Positions 10,621 through 23,682 of a stretch of DNA of 64,000 bases are shown here, in pieces; the stretch's first letter is position 1, and each line of letters begins with the position of its first letter. The DNA is from Vezdaea acicularis (taxonomy: Eukaryota), in assembly GCA_026025075.1 (NCBI GenBank), contig JAPEUI010000016.1, positions 124,001-188,000 of the forward strand. The letters run 5' to 3'. The translations under genes and the position numbers were made by a program. The notes below the pieces were generated by a model. It was given only the letters and a program-made list of their open reading frames with translations. It had not been told where the DNA came from and ran no database searches.

Positions 10621-11715
10621 TTTCGTTTCAAGCAGTATTTACACGGGTGGTCTGTGTAAGCACGCGAATCCAGGTAATCGGACGGGTCAGCACTGTCACT
10701 GATTGAACATTACATCACCTTGCCGAGTTGGTATGGAAGGTTGCACGATAGTGATAGAATTCAAAAGACTTTTTGTAAGTTAAGCTTTTGAATTGTAGAG
10801 CATCAAATGAGCATTTTCTTAATCCTCATGTATTGATTTCCCATGACACCATTCTAAACCTTGTCCTGGATATAATTGCAATCTCCTAGTTTCCTAACAC
10901 CCTTTGAGGTCAGGCCTTATCGTTATAAGGCCCAACGAGCAGCTGTCTGGCACACTGAAGTGATATATCGCTGAGCCGTTGGGCGTGGGTGTGATGTTCC
11001 GGAAAGACGCTCGGCACTTCGTGGGTTTTGGATAGTGCTCCGGACATGTTTCAATAAAACATTCTTTCAAGAAGTATTGCTGTGATTATTTCCACATAAA
11101 CGAATGGTATGGAAAATTATGGCATGTATCTTCTAGTCCCGAGAATGCCGTAATATCAATTGTGAGCGAAGCTTCAGACACTGCTCGATCAAACGTTGAG
11201 ACCGTAGAATAGTCCAAACCCAGACCGTGGATGCGTTCACCTAAAATCCCCCTGTGAAAAGCCTTTCCCCCCATCGCCGTGCAGCCCTAGCACATACGTC
11301 ATACTCTGTTTAATCTTCGCAAGGAATACTCCTCTGCAGCGAGCAAGCAACCGCACAAAACCCCAAATCCAGGGTTTTCAACGCCAGCTCTCCGTGACGA
11401 GTGTGGCTGGCTTCTATCCCTCCCCTGTCCACCTTTCTCGCTTCCACTGGCGCATTCACATTTCCTGCACACCCGCGCCGCACAGGCTCGCCGTAGCCAT
11501 CAGCCTCGTAAGCGACCGTGACGAACCCAGCCACGCCAGCCTCCCTTCCGCGCGCTTCGGGTTTCGAGCAGCAGCAGCAGACATCACATTACATCCCATC
11601 CAGGCATATTGTTCTTCACGACAAATCTCCAGCAGCTGAATATATCCCGGGCACACGAGCGGTTGTATCTTGCGAAGCGCGCGTACGTATCTCGACTCGG
11701 TAGAGGAAGGGAAAG

Positions 11716-12515
11716 ATGGATTATTCGGATGTCTTGTGAGTTTGGCCGGTTTTTTCTTGCCCTTCCATCCCCTTTGGGCTTGGCTTAAGCTATGGCTTTG
11801 GCTTTGGCTTTTGGCTTTGGCGCGAGCTTGAAGGTCAGGTTTGCGCAGAGTTCGATGCTGATGGATTGATTACTCTTAGTCGTCTGGTGAACTTGGCGAT
11901 CGGGGTTATCATGGTGTTGGGCGGGATCAGCCAGTTCTTCGGGGGCATATCGATGTAGGTCGCTCCCGCCATGGGCCACGGTATTCGGTGAAGCGCAAAG
12001 GAAAAGGTCTGATGAAGAGTTGTAGCCAGAGTATCGTCGTCGGGGCGTATGTGATTGTCTTTGGTCTCAGTATGTCCTCCCCTCCTCGTATTCTGTCTGA
12101 TGTGTGAAGAGAAGCTAATAGATTCGTCTTTGAAGCAACGGCATTATTAGGTCCGCTTCCCTCGCCCGACCATACCTGTGTCCTTCCCTTCGACCAAGCT
12201 AACCTCCTCGCAGAGTTCCAGATCCCGCCATACGTCAGCCGATATGCGTCCTTCATGTTCTCCTTCATCGGGCGCGGCGCCTGTAAGCCCCCTAAACCCC
12301 CACCAACCCTCCCAACCCAACTAACTCCTTTCTTTCCCACAGTCTACGTCTTCACCGGCTCCGTCCTCCTCTCGAACCACTGGACCCGCTACGTCGCCGG
12401 CTCCATCATCGGCCTCGTCGGCCTCGCCTACATCGCCCTCGAATTCGTCCCCAGCATCGAACCCCCCCAGAACATGAAGGATGCGGATAATTCCTGGGGC
12501 GCCGAACAGGTCTGA
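11716..12515 (+). CDS. TVP15: Golgi membrane / COPI-associated protein Tvp15 (multi-exon, includes a 15-nt microexon)
   Basis: Spliced MDYSDVFRLVNLAIGVIMVLGGISQFF...EFQIPPYVSRYASFMFSFIGRG...LEFVPSIEPPQNMKDADNSWGAEQV*. Confidence 0.85.
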
Positions 12516-13276
12516 TCGTCCTCTTTCTGAACACTTTCTCCCCATGGCCATTACCGACATCGGCTGGGGACACGATGGGATTTGTTTCGAGATGGCTTCT
12601 GGATGGTGTAACGGGGAGGGGGAGGGGGATGGGTCAGGGCGGAGGGGGTTGGGGTTGAAGGTGGCGCGGTTTTCTTGTATTCTGCAAGGGGGGGGAGATG
12701 AAGGGAGCTTATGCGATGATGGCGGCGATGATGGCGATACTTCACTTTCCTACCACCTCTCCTTTTTCCTCCCCCCTCTTTCGACCTTTCCTGCAAACCC
12801 CCAATCTTGCTCTCATCCACCTCATCCCCCTCATCATTTTCATCATCCTCCTCGTCGTCATCATCGTCGTCATCAGCGGGCAGCTCACAAGCGTGAAGTG
12901 TAATATAGAAACGCGGGGGTCATAGCGGAAAAGCGGTGGGGATACTCGTACGTAGCAGCGGGACTTGCAATGGAAGGGGAGGGGGCAGATGTGACGGATG
13001 GATGTTTTTTGTATTTGATATGATGGATGTGATGATGCTTTTGTATCCCCCCCCTTGATAGAAATGATGTGTATGTATCCCCTGAGCGATGCGATGCCAC
13101 CCCAGCCAATTGGTTAAACGGGCCATTGGACAGAGACAGATATGGGGTCCCAGGACCGAAAACGCCAGCACGCCCATCCACGTAAAGAAAGAAGAAGGAC
13201 CAAAAGCCGCCCTTCCCACGCCCTTCCCCCCCCCCTTCCCTTCCCGGACTCGTCCACCACAGCTTGCCCTGCCAAG

Positions 13277-14080
13277 TTAATCCAATGTAGGCGCGAGAGC
13301 CAACACGCTAAACCTAACATCGCCCTCACCGCCACCAATCTCTCGTTCCAGGAACTTCCTTGCGCCGAGATCCAAGCCGCGCTCGGAGAGGACATCTTCG
13401 TCTTCAGCCAGCACGCCTCGATCGAGGGGCCCCTTCCTCGCCCCGTCGAGCTCCCACAGATGTCCATCGCTGCCCTTCGCGAAACAGACGTAATGGAGCT
13501 CCACCTCCTCTTCAGCCGGGGGCGCGCGACTATCCCCACGACTCGCGGCGTCGGCGTGCGCGCTTTCCAGGAGATCGCTGTTATACAGCAGATCGGCGCG
13601 GGCCTCGGGCGTGAGCGGAATGGCTTCGGCGAGGAGTTTCGCCATGGGGCTGTCCTGGGCGAGGAGGGCGCGGGTGGCGCCGTTGGAGATGGCGTGGAGG
13701 AGGCCGATCAGCCCGCAGGCGTTGCCGATGGTTTGTTTGTACCAGACCACGGGCTCGGAGGGGCCGTGGCCGGTGTATGGGGCGAGAGGAGCGTCTTCGG
13801 TGGTGCGGTGTAAGGTGTAGGAGGGGCCGGTGGGGAAGACCATCAGCAGGGCGTGGGCGGGGCGCGGGATGAAGGCGAGGAGGTCGGGGGAGTTTAGGTC
13901 CCAGACGTCGTGGAAGGAGAGGGTGGGGGTTAGGCCCAGGGTGTGGGTTAGGGTGGTCATTACTTCGGGGTTGTTCTCGAGGGGGACGAAGCGTTTGCGG
14001 GGGGTGGGGTTGGTGGGGTTGGGGTCTTCAGTGGTGGCGGTGGTAGTGATGGTTGGTGGGGTGGGGTTGGGTTCTGCCAT
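13277..14080 (-). CDS. YUH1: Ubiquitin C-terminal hydrolase (UCH-L3/Yuh1, peptidase C12)
   Basis: FVPLENNPEV, KQTIGNACG (catalytic Cys), LHYVCF, LWELDG and RFSVLAL motifs. Confidence 0.95.
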   Translation of the reverse strand: MAEPNPTPPTITTTATTEDPNPTNPTPRKRFVPLENNPEVMTTLTHTLGLTPTLSFHDVWDLNSPDLLAFIPRPAHALLMVFPTGPSYTLHRTTEDAPLAPYTGHGPSEPVVWYKQTIGNACGLIGLLHAISNGATRALLAQDSPMAKLLAEAIPLTPEARADLLYNSDLLESAHADAASRGDSRAPPAEEEVELHYVCFAKGSDGHLWELDGARKGPLDRGVLAEDEDVLSERGLDLGARKFLEREIGGGEGDVRFSVLALAPTLD

Positions 14081-17043
14081 CTTGGGTGGTTTGAGCTATG
14101 TCGGTGCAAAGAAGGGCAGGGTGTGCAGAAGTCTTGGATTTATAATATTTCGTGGGAGAGCTGGAGCTTTATGGTTTTTGTAGAGGCGGGTTGTATTGTG
14201 GGTGCTGCCTCGCGTGAGTTGAGGGGAGACGTGATTAGGCAAGCACCGTCCCTCGGCAAGTGACGCAACCTGTTTGCCTGGGCTTGACCATGTACTAAGG
14301 CGCGACATCTTCAAATTGAATTCTCAGAGCTTCATTTCGGCAAGCCAACGAACTTCATTGCTGAGAACTGTACGGAGAGAGCTCTCGGAAGGCTATTGAT
14401 ACATCTACCGATCTGTGCTCTTCCGCTTCGTCCTAGCTACATACACCGAGCCGTCTTAGTTGTTTCCCATAGTATGCTTAGTCAGGTTTAAAAAGAACAC
14501 TTCAAGGCATTTCGAGTAGTCAGATAGTTCTGCGAACCTTAAGCCTCCTCGAGCGCCCTCAACTCCAATTGCTGTACTTTTCCAAAGGTGGAGCTCCTGA
14601 TTGCCCCGGTGGGGGGGGGGGGTCCGAACACACGCGCATTAGATTGCTTTTCTCCAGCGCAACCCACTTTTCACTTCCCTTTCACCCGAGGAAACATGCC
14701 ATCCTCTCTATAGTTGCTGCTCCTATACCATCAGCAGACACCTGCCTCCCATCTACCATGCCCTCTTGTATGACTGCCACATTGCAGCCCCACGGAGACG
14801 GCGGCAACGGTAGAAAACGCTTGATCAAAGGGCGGATACGGGAGCGCGGTTGGCGCGCCATGCCACCCGGCTCTTTCCCTTCTTAGCACTCCGGAAAGGC
14901 GGGAACGCGGCGTCGGCAGCTTCGAGGCCGTTGGGCTTCCGGAGGAGCCTATTTTTATCGTGACGACAGCTCCAAGCTCCTCTCTCCCTCTCCTTCTGAC
15001 GCTTCCGACGGTGCCTTTTCCCCTTTGTTCCACTCCATCAGCTCTGATGCTCATCCCAACCCGCGTCCCACGGCATCCTCGCCGAGGCAGGACGTGCTGG
15101 CGGTACAGACCGAAAAGGGCGAACGTGGCGTCCATGGCGAGCTCAGTGGGCCGGCCGGGGGCGCGAGATTGGTGGACGCGGAGAACGAGCGTTCGAGCCG
15201 GCAAGCGGAACGTGACGGCGCGGCAGGGCATCTGCCATTTTGCAATTTTGCATTTTGCATTTTCCACTCTGGCCGGGGCCCATTGGCGCCCAGTCGGAGC
15301 CCTACCTCGAGCAGTCAATATTTGGCTGCGATGGGCCGCGACGCCGGGCTCGAGATTATTCGCGCTCTCCAGGAGGCCGGCCGCGCCTCCGATGGCATTT
15401 GCAGAATGGGAGAGGGGCTGTTGCGATGGCCGTTTCGGCGGGGCGACGGCCAGGGACCGGCGTTGAGAGCTTTTGTGCGGCGAAAATATCTCTCACGGCG
15501 TCGACAGGGAGGGCTGGGCGGCGATCATCGGGAATCCGTCCAGCGGGTGTGTCAGGCAGGGCCTTCCCCAACCGGCGCCCTGCCACTGCCTGCCTGTTCC
15601 ATCCGTCCACGCCCCCCAGTGGCCCCTTCCCTCACGCGGGCTCGCTTAGCCTAAGCGAATGCCGGGGGGCGATTAGGCGAGAGCGAGGGGGCCCCGGCGA
15701 GACCGCCCCCCGACCAGCATTTGCCCGGATTGCCCTGGAGCAGATCGGAGGGCGCGGAGGGGGCGGCCAGCTGGACACGAAGGGATGCTCTCCTTCAATT
15801 TGCCAATGAACAGTGCGAATGAGGCTTTGTCCGCCGTCTCCATCGAGCTTGTCACGACGCCGCCTTCTCGGTCGAGGCGCGCCGAGCGCTCGGCCTCTCT
15901 GTATGGTCCGCTTGTTGGCAGATGCAGCCGAAGCTTTTTCGACGTGTGGGGGGCACGGCGCCATGCTAACAAGTAACGAACTCATGGAGCGGCCGGAGTC
16001 GTCCGTGGCAGCTTATCCGTGCTCGTCGTGCTCGCCGTGCCCTTTGCATCTGGCGATGGAGAGCGCGGAGGGGCGTGCTTCACCGGTTTGTGGAAATGGG
16101 AAGATGGAAAGCCCTGTGGGATGATTGATCAGAAGGTGCGGAGGAGCCCAAAAAAGCATGGTGGTGAAAAAACGCGCGAGAAAAACGAAGGGGAGGGAAA
16201 CTGGGCGTGTCTGGGGCCCCCTCCCGAAGCTTGCGGGAGCCGCCAGAGACACCTCCGAGACGAGAAAGACGACGAATGGACGAATGGCCAGCGAGTCCGA
16301 CGGACAGACAACCGCACGATCGTCGTCATGCCACTCGATGACTACTGGCGCTGCGCTCACGGACAACCCCCTCCCAACGCTCACAGTCGCCCGTCCACCG
16401 CTTTTCGCTGTCGCGGTCGCTGTCGCTTTTTGTCTTTGCTGTCGCTCGCGCCCCTCGCCCTCGTTCTCGCCCTCCTGTTGCGGCGGTTCCCTAATCTTGC
16501 CCACTGCCTCTTCTCTTTTCCTCTCCTCCGTCACCATCCTCTCTCTCCTTCACTCTCCTCATTCTCCAACCTCTGACCAGCTCGGACCTGCTGGCGGCCG
16601 AAACCCAGCAGCAACGCCAGGCCTGGTTCATCTCTGAGCGTCTGTCGCAGACCCTGATATTCGCTCGGGCCAGTTCGCGGTCGGGTCCGTGGTAGCCGTA
16701 GTGGTCCCGCAATCACAACGGACTGCCGAGCTCGTCGATCGAGGTCGACGCCGAGAACCACAAAAGATCCGCATCAACCCTCACGCCCTTTTTTCCCTTC
16801 AACACGGCCCTCGTCCTGAACTCCGGTGAGCTTGAGCCAGCTCGACGAACTTAACATTCGAGGAGAGAACGCACGCTCGCTCGCACGAACGACCTTCGCC
16901 CGATATTTGCGTCGATGATTACGAAGAAACCGCAGACCGATTGCCCTTCCGATCCGACGAGTCAATGCGCTTCACCGATACAACACATATATCTTCAATC
17001 AGAAATATCAATTCACTAGCTTGATATCCGCTCAATTGGCGCA

Positions 17044-19227
17044 ATGCCGCCCGTCCTCCCCGATACGGGGTGGAATTCGGTGCTTCCGTTGGTCAAGCTT
17101 GTGCTGCCCCGCGGCCTCGATGCTTCTCAATCGATTGGTGTTCAGCCCATAGGGCACCAAGCATACATACTCAGTGTGCTGGCAGTGACATCGTCCGCCT
17201 TCAGTGTGGCATCAGCAATTGTTGCATTCTATTGGTTTGTCAAGATGCGGAGGAGCTTTCGACATCAGTACGTTCCTCGGGACTTGACCCCATCTGTCTC
17301 GGGCCCTTGCTTTGAATGCAGCTAACCGCTTGTACTGCACAGTCTGATCATGCTCTTGATTCAGAGCGACATGTTCAAAGCCCTGTGGTTTATGATACAT
17401 CCAGTCGTCGTCTTCACGCGAGGGCCTGTCCTCAGCAATTCCGCGTTCTGTCAAGCAAGCGGCTTTTTCATTTCTATCGGCATTGAGGCATCAGGTACGA
17501 GACCCTACGTGATGATTTGGCCCTCCTTCGGCGAAACGATGCTGACAGTCGTAGATTTTGCTATTCTCATGATTGCCGTTCATACCGCTTTATATATATT
17601 CAAGCCTTCGCAAGGTCTCGGCGAAGGCGGACTGTACCCTTATCGACACTTTGCCTACGTCTTATGGGTCATCTTTCCAGCCTTGATGTCCTCATTGGCA
17701 TTCCTCAATCCCGACAACGCCTACGTTACTCAGGAGACATATTGCTATCTCCCCATCCGCCCATTTTGGTACGGGCTAGCGCTAAGCTGGATCCCGCGTT
17801 ACATCATCTTCATCACCATCACAGTCGTTTACTTTTCCATCTACGGATATGTCAAATATAAATTCTCGGAGCTTGGATCTGATGTCGGCGACACATCACG
17901 GAAGAGGGCAAGTGCGATAGACGATCCGACCTTGCAGTCCGCGGACCTGACGGCTCCAAACCGGGTCCACCGCCCAGATCGACCAGAAGTCCCATCGATG
18001 CCGAAGCTGGCCCGGCACGGCTTGATCCCTCACTCCGATACTGCCTCAACGATAAGCCCGACAAGCCGCAAGCAATCCGTCATCTCGAACGGCAGTCCTC
18101 GCGCCCGTTCCAACAGCCACGGCTACAGCTGGGACACCTACACGCTCGCCAACTTAGACACCACGCTCTTCGACCCAGCGAAAGAGCCCCAGTCCCCTCT
18201 ACCCCCCGAGTTACACTACGATGCCTCACGCTCCAGCCCCTCCACGCTCGACACTGACCTTCTTCCCGACTCGACCACGAGCGTGACCAGTACCATGCAC
18301 ATCTTCCGGGGCTTCAAATTCCGGCGCCCCTCCTCAGCCGCTACCCCGCTCGAAGACCAGCCACACTTCGACCTTAGCCTCTCCCTGGTTGACTCCCGCG
18401 GGCGTAACATCGCCACCGAGGAGCTCCGCAAGACCCGCACCGCGATCCGGCGGCAGCTGCGTTTCCTCTTCATCTACCCGCTCGTGTACATGCTCATGTG
18501 GGTCATCCCCTTCATCAGCCATTGCATGCAGTACACGGACTACTACGTCTTGCACATGCCCTTTGTGCTCTCCTGCCTCGTCACCATCATCATCGCGCTG
18601 CAGTGCGCCGTCGACTGCTGGCTCTTCAGCACGCGCGAGAAGCCCTGGCGCTACATCCCCGGCAGCAAAGGCACCTTCGTCAACTCCTTCCTCTTCTGGC
18701 GCCACAACGCTCTCGACGAAGCTCGCGGCACCTCCAGCAGCGTCCCCGTCGCCCGCGCCGGCCCCGGCAAGAGCCGCGCCGAGATGGTCGCAGAGGCCCG
18801 CATCGCGTATAAGCGCCGCGCCGAGGAGCTCGCCCATAGCGCCACCCTCTTTGCCGAGCGCGAGGGCCGAGAACAGCTCGCTTTCGCGGCGGGCGCCGGC
18901 GGGAGGCGCGGCCGCGATAAGAGCTGGTGGGAAGAAGAAGGCCGGATGCGGCGTGATAGCGTCTTCTTGGAGCAACAGCAGCAGCAGCAGGGGGCGATCC
19001 CAACCCTCGGCGGCAGCGCTGGGGACGAGCAGGCCGGCATGAGCGTCGTGCATGAGGAAAAGCTGTCCGAAGCCGCGACGCAGCATGAACATGCACCTCC
19101 TCCTGCCACCGAGCGGGAAGAGGAAGAAGACGATGAGGTGTATGAGCCCGAAGTGTGGCGTCAGCCGGATATCACGAACGTCACCACCGAGCGGGAACGC
19201 GCGCGGAGGAAAGAGAGCGCCCCGTAG
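17044..19227 (+). CDS. GPR1: Git3/Gpr1-type carbon-sensing G-protein-coupled receptor; introns 17268-17342 and about 17495-17554
   Basis: MRRSFRH|LIMLLIQSDMFKALW, FCQASGF, GGLYPYR, CYLPIRPFWY.L.LSWIPRY, IRRQLRFLFIYPLVY and VDCWLFSTREKPWR motifs; 7 TM segments. Confidence 0.9.
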
Positions 19228-20015
19228 GGCTAGCTAGAAAGCGAAAAGGGGGGGGGGGGGTACCTATCTACATATATGGGCGACGAAGAAGCACGGGACG
19301 GCCATATCTCCGGCCAGCGAGGGAGCACTGAGCATATATCGCCCCCCCCCTCCTTATACACGTACGGACCGGGGCAGGCCATCTATGACTCCTTTTTCTA
19401 CTTGTCGTTATTTCATGCATTTTTTTTTCCACGCGGCTTAGCGAGCGGGAGGGTTGCATCGCGTGGCTTTTTTGGTTCCTTCTTTTGTGTTTCTTTCACG
19501 GGAGAATGGGAGGTGCGCGCGTCTTTGTTTTTGTTAGGGGCGCATCACCGTGCTGGGCTGCATCGGACTGGCGTTACTTTTTTCTGGGGAGAGGGGGGAG
19601 GTGGCTCCTGGTGTTGAGATGGGTTGTTGGAAATGCACTTCCTGGACTTGGGAGATTCTTGGAGAGGGGGGTGGGGGCTTTTTGTAGGGATGGGAATGCA
19701 TATCCTACCCTACGAGTCTGCGGGAGCGAAGAGGAGAACAATGGATGGACGGATGGACAGATGGACAGGTGCATATAGACACACAACTAGAAATACACGT
19801 GCTCGAGACGAGAATAGCCCCACATACATCTATCTATCTATTCACGCTCATGACTTCCGTTTTCTCTATTTCGCTCGTTCTGGTGGTGGGGGGTATGGTC
19901 CTGCGCAACCTCGTAGCTTCCCCCAGACTCATTATATCCCCAAACGTAGACGAGTGGGGGGAAGGGTTTGATAAGTGCGGGGAAGGGGTGTAGAGATGGA
20001 TGGATAGGTTTGTTT

Positions 20016-22562
20016 CTATGTTACGAGTCTTTGAGCTTCGGGCTCACGGCCAATGAGATCTTCGTCCTCTGACTCGTCGTCTTCTTCTTCCTCTTCCTCT
20101 TCAGTCATCTCCTCTTCACTCGCACTCTCCCCCTCCTCCTCCTCCTCTTCTTCTTGACCCGAACTCTCCGCCAACCAATCATCCAACGAGACATGCTTCG
20201 CCGTCCCACCAGCCCCATTTTCACTTTCCCTTCCCCCTCGCGCCGCCGCCGCCGTGGATCCAGGCCGTAAAGCTTCCCTAACCGTCATTCCCCCCTTCTC
20301 CAAATTCCCCAGTTCCTCCCTCCCCGCCGCACCTCCTCCTTCCTCCCTAAGCCCGGGGGGCGGTTCACGCCCCTTCTCCACCCACTCCGGCAGCGGGGTA
20401 TACCCGGGCAAACCCAACACGCCGGCATCAGTCCCAATGACCAAGCTAGCGGAGCCGAGAAGGAAGTTGCGGCGAGTTTCAGAGGGGCTGGGGATGTGCG
20501 GGGAGGGTTTGGGGGCGAGGAGGAGGAGGGAAGCGAGGTGGGTGGAGGAGGGGATGGAGAGGAGGGAGGCGTAGAGGCGGGCACGGTCGCGGAGGTCGTA
20601 GGAGGTGTCGTAGCGCGCGAGGAGGAGGATGTAGGTCCACAGGGCTGGGATGGGGTCGGGGGGCTTCTGCGCGTCGGAAGGAGTCACGGTTGGGGAGCTC
20701 GGTGGGTGGGCTTGGGTGTTAATGGGGCTTTCGAGGGCGGTGGGCGAGGATTTTGTCGCGTTCAGGCGGTTGAGGTGGTGGCAGTATACTTTTGCGGCTA
20801 GGAGGATGATCTGGAGTTTCGTGGGCTCGGACTCCTCTGCGAAGCCCTTGGCGAGGATGCGCAGGACGTCTGGGGCGATATTGTGCTCGCCGCCAGCGCC
20901 GGCGAACTCGGCGACGAGCCAGATGATGCTGGCGCGGGCCTGGGGGTTTGTCGCGGTATCGAGGTTCTTGGCTAGGCGGATGACGGTCTTGGTGTGTGCC
21001 GTGGGGTCTTGCTGGATCAGGTGCCGGATGACGGTCAGGGACTCGGCGACGAGGGTGCCGTCTTGGCTGGAGATCTGCTTGAGGAGGAGGCGGAGACAGC
21101 GTAGGGAGGTGCGGGGGTCGCTCTGGGAGCAACGGCCGATGGCGCGGACGCTCTCGCGGACGAGGGCGGGGTCGGAAGAGCGGGAGAAGTACTCAAGTTC
21201 GCAGAGGATGACTTCGCGGATGTGGGTGCTGCTGTGGGGGAAGATTAGTGTGAGGACTTCGAGTTTGAGGCGCCAGATCTGTGGGGTGTCGTTGGTGCGG
21301 ACGAGGAAGTGGGTCGCGTACTTTGTGAAGGGGAGAGGGTGGGCGAGGCATACGACGACGATGTTATAGAGGGCGATGTGTTGGATGTCCTGGGCGCTGC
21401 GGAGGAGGGAGATGAGCGGGCCGATGCTGAGTTCGATGTAGGTGGGCGTTCCGAGGTAGAGGTAGCATCGCGCGACTGAAACCACCACGGCGGAGTTCTT
21501 ACTCTGTAGGAGCGGCTTGCATGCGTCCAGGAGTAGCCTTAGGTCCGGATCGAGTACCACGATCTCCTCCCCGTCTCCTGTACTCTCTTCTGAAGCCCCG
21601 TCCTCATAAAACCCCTGTCTTGTGCTATTGTTCCCACGAGTTACCCGACGTGGAAAACACCTTCGTGCGTAGTCCACCATCAACCTTAGCACTGCGAGCT
21701 GGCCCCATTCATCCATATCAACAAGCTTCCGTATGAGCCCCCTATAATGCTTGTGCACTAGGTGCAATGCCTCTGGGCATACGTCCAGAAACGCCATGAC
21801 TGCTGCGCCCACAACAAAGTATTGGCGGTCCCCCAAAAGCGTCGCGATGTATTCTTCCAGCTGCGGCTTCGTAGCTGGATCTAACTTGTAGCACTTGGGT
21901 ATAGCTAAAGCGGCCGCTTTCCTAACGTATGCTGACATATCCCCCGCGCCCTTCTTGATGCCTAGAGATACGATCTGACTTATGACTGGTACGCGGATCC
22001 CGGACATTACACGTAATGCAAGTGCCCGTATATGGGGGTTGCTATCAGAGAGTGACTTCTGGATTGTGTTTATAGAAAGCAGCGCCAGGTCGGGTTGAGA
22101 TTCGCTGTGATGTAGTAGATAGATATAGACCAACTTCTTGATCGTGGGGTTAGGAGAGGCAATGTTCTTGATCACGGAGGAGAAAAGAGGGGAAGTCGGA
22201 GGAGAAGAAGGTCGGTAGAGCATCTACTCAGTCTTAGCATATGTAGCTTAGGGGCATGAGGCAAAGAAGGGAGGGGGAGGGACCCACCGCGATGACTTTG
22301 CGCAGTCCTTCCAGCACATCGCGTTCATGGCGACTATCAAGAAGCTTCTTCAGGGAGGAAAGAGGTAGAGCACTATTCACTGTATTGCTAGGGCGAAATC
22401 CTCGAGCATTACTAGCGTTCTGGGCAGCTTCAAGGGTGAGGTCTCGAGCTGTGAGAGGGCATTCCGTTAGTAAGGGCTATTAGGTTTACAAATAAGAATT
22501 GGCGGAAGACGTGGTGATATACCCGTTTCCAAGATACTGGATATCCGCGAGATAGACTCCAT
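20016..22562 (-). CDS. APL6: AP-3 adaptor complex beta subunit
   Basis: MESISRISSILET start; ALLSINTIQKSL.D.NP.IRALALRVMSGIRVP, YVRKAAALAIPKCY, DMDEWGQ and ARYDTSYDLRDRAR motifs; acidic tail. Confidence 0.95.
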
Positions 22563-22843
22563 TGCAACAATACTAGCTCCATCAAATGTCCAGAGCTCTC
22601 AAAGATGAGGTCTACGCCTTGCGCTTTGAAGACGCAATCATGGTGGGACATAGCTTGACGTGGGGGTTAGCGAGACAATCCATAAACTTTTTTTGGTGGC
22701 CTAAGCTTTCGGAGCTCAGTACCGTCCTTCCAGAAAAAGCCTATATAACATGGCCCGAATAGAACTACCTTTCAGGCATTAACGTAATGGCTTGGTTTTC
22801 TGATATTTCGCAAAGGCTCAGCCCGCATTGACCACCATCGTCG

Positions 22844-23509
22844 ATGCGGGTCATGACTTCTAACCCTACTATTGACCTAGTTCCGCTCATTGTCCCGCTT
22901 CCGCTCCCAGCGGACTTTCTCCGCTACGTTCTTTCAATACATCGCGCCCCCACAACCATTATAATTTGCTGTACACGCTCGGCTTTTCTCTCAAGCACTG
23001 CTGATTGTCCCAAATTTTCAGCGCTCACCTCTCCTAACTTACACCAGCTCTCCCTAACTAAGACCGTCCGTGTTGCCTTTTGCCCTACGGCTTCACATTT
23101 ACGTGCCTACCTCGCCGTTTATACGGCTGTGGAAACGGATTCAACCCTTAAAGAGGACAGGATTAGCCCTGACGTCCCCATCATGGGCTTATTGAACCCC
23201 ATCACTCTCCATAGACATACGCCGGCCATGTCGGCACAGGGAATTGCGCAAACAATCGCTGTGGCCGTTGAGGCCGCAAGAAGAAATGGGATGAAACTAA
23301 TCATATGTGAATGTCCGGAAGAAGATGATGGTGTAAGAAGAGTCTGGGAGGAGCAGGTGCCTTTGCTGGACGGGAGCATCCGCCTGGACGGTTTGGGGCC
23401 TGGAAGAACCATCAGCGTGGGCAAGGTTTTTGCAAGGTGGTGCGTGATTCAAGAACCAGCGGAAGGCGAGGCATCAGTGGATGAGGAGATGGAGGATCTG
23501 TGGGATTAA
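22844..23509 (+). CDS. Conserved-looking fungal hypothetical protein, possibly a RecA-fold SWSAP1/Shu-like paralogue
   Basis: Single-exon 221-aa ORF with an alternating alpha/beta pattern (VRVAFCPTASHLRAYL, SAQGIAQTIAVAVEAA, WEEQVPLL, VFARW). Function is inferred only. Confidence 0.75.
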   Translation: MRVMTSNPTIDLVPLIVPLPLPADFLRYVLSIHRAPTTIIICCTRSAFLSSTADCPKFSALTSPNLHQLSLTKTVRVAFCPTASHLRAYLAVYTAVETDSTLKEDRISPDVPIMGLLNPITLHRHTPAMSAQGIAQTIAVAVEAARRNGMKLIICECPEEDDGVRRVWEEQVPLLDGSIRLDGLGPGRTISVGKVFARWCVIQEPAEGEASVDEEMEDLWD

Positions 23510-23682
23510 AGGATCATAGAGTGCGCTTGCAACTGAATAAGCGTCACATGCATACGTCATTACTATGAGTGTGATAAGGGTTATCCATCTTATACAATGA
23601 GGTATCTCCTGAACTCCTGTCTTCCCTCCCATGACCCCGCTAACCAACCCAGATTTCATCAGCAACCCCAATACGCTATACC

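Noticed and set aside
12481..13280. ORFs between TVP15 and YUH1 (poly-His / poly-Ile)
   Set aside because: Products of CAT/CGT triplet repeats in convergent 3' UTRs.
14569..16965. Many 100-200 aa ORFs upstream of GPR1
   Set aside because: They overlap in all frames in GC-rich DNA, with no domain motifs or splice structure.
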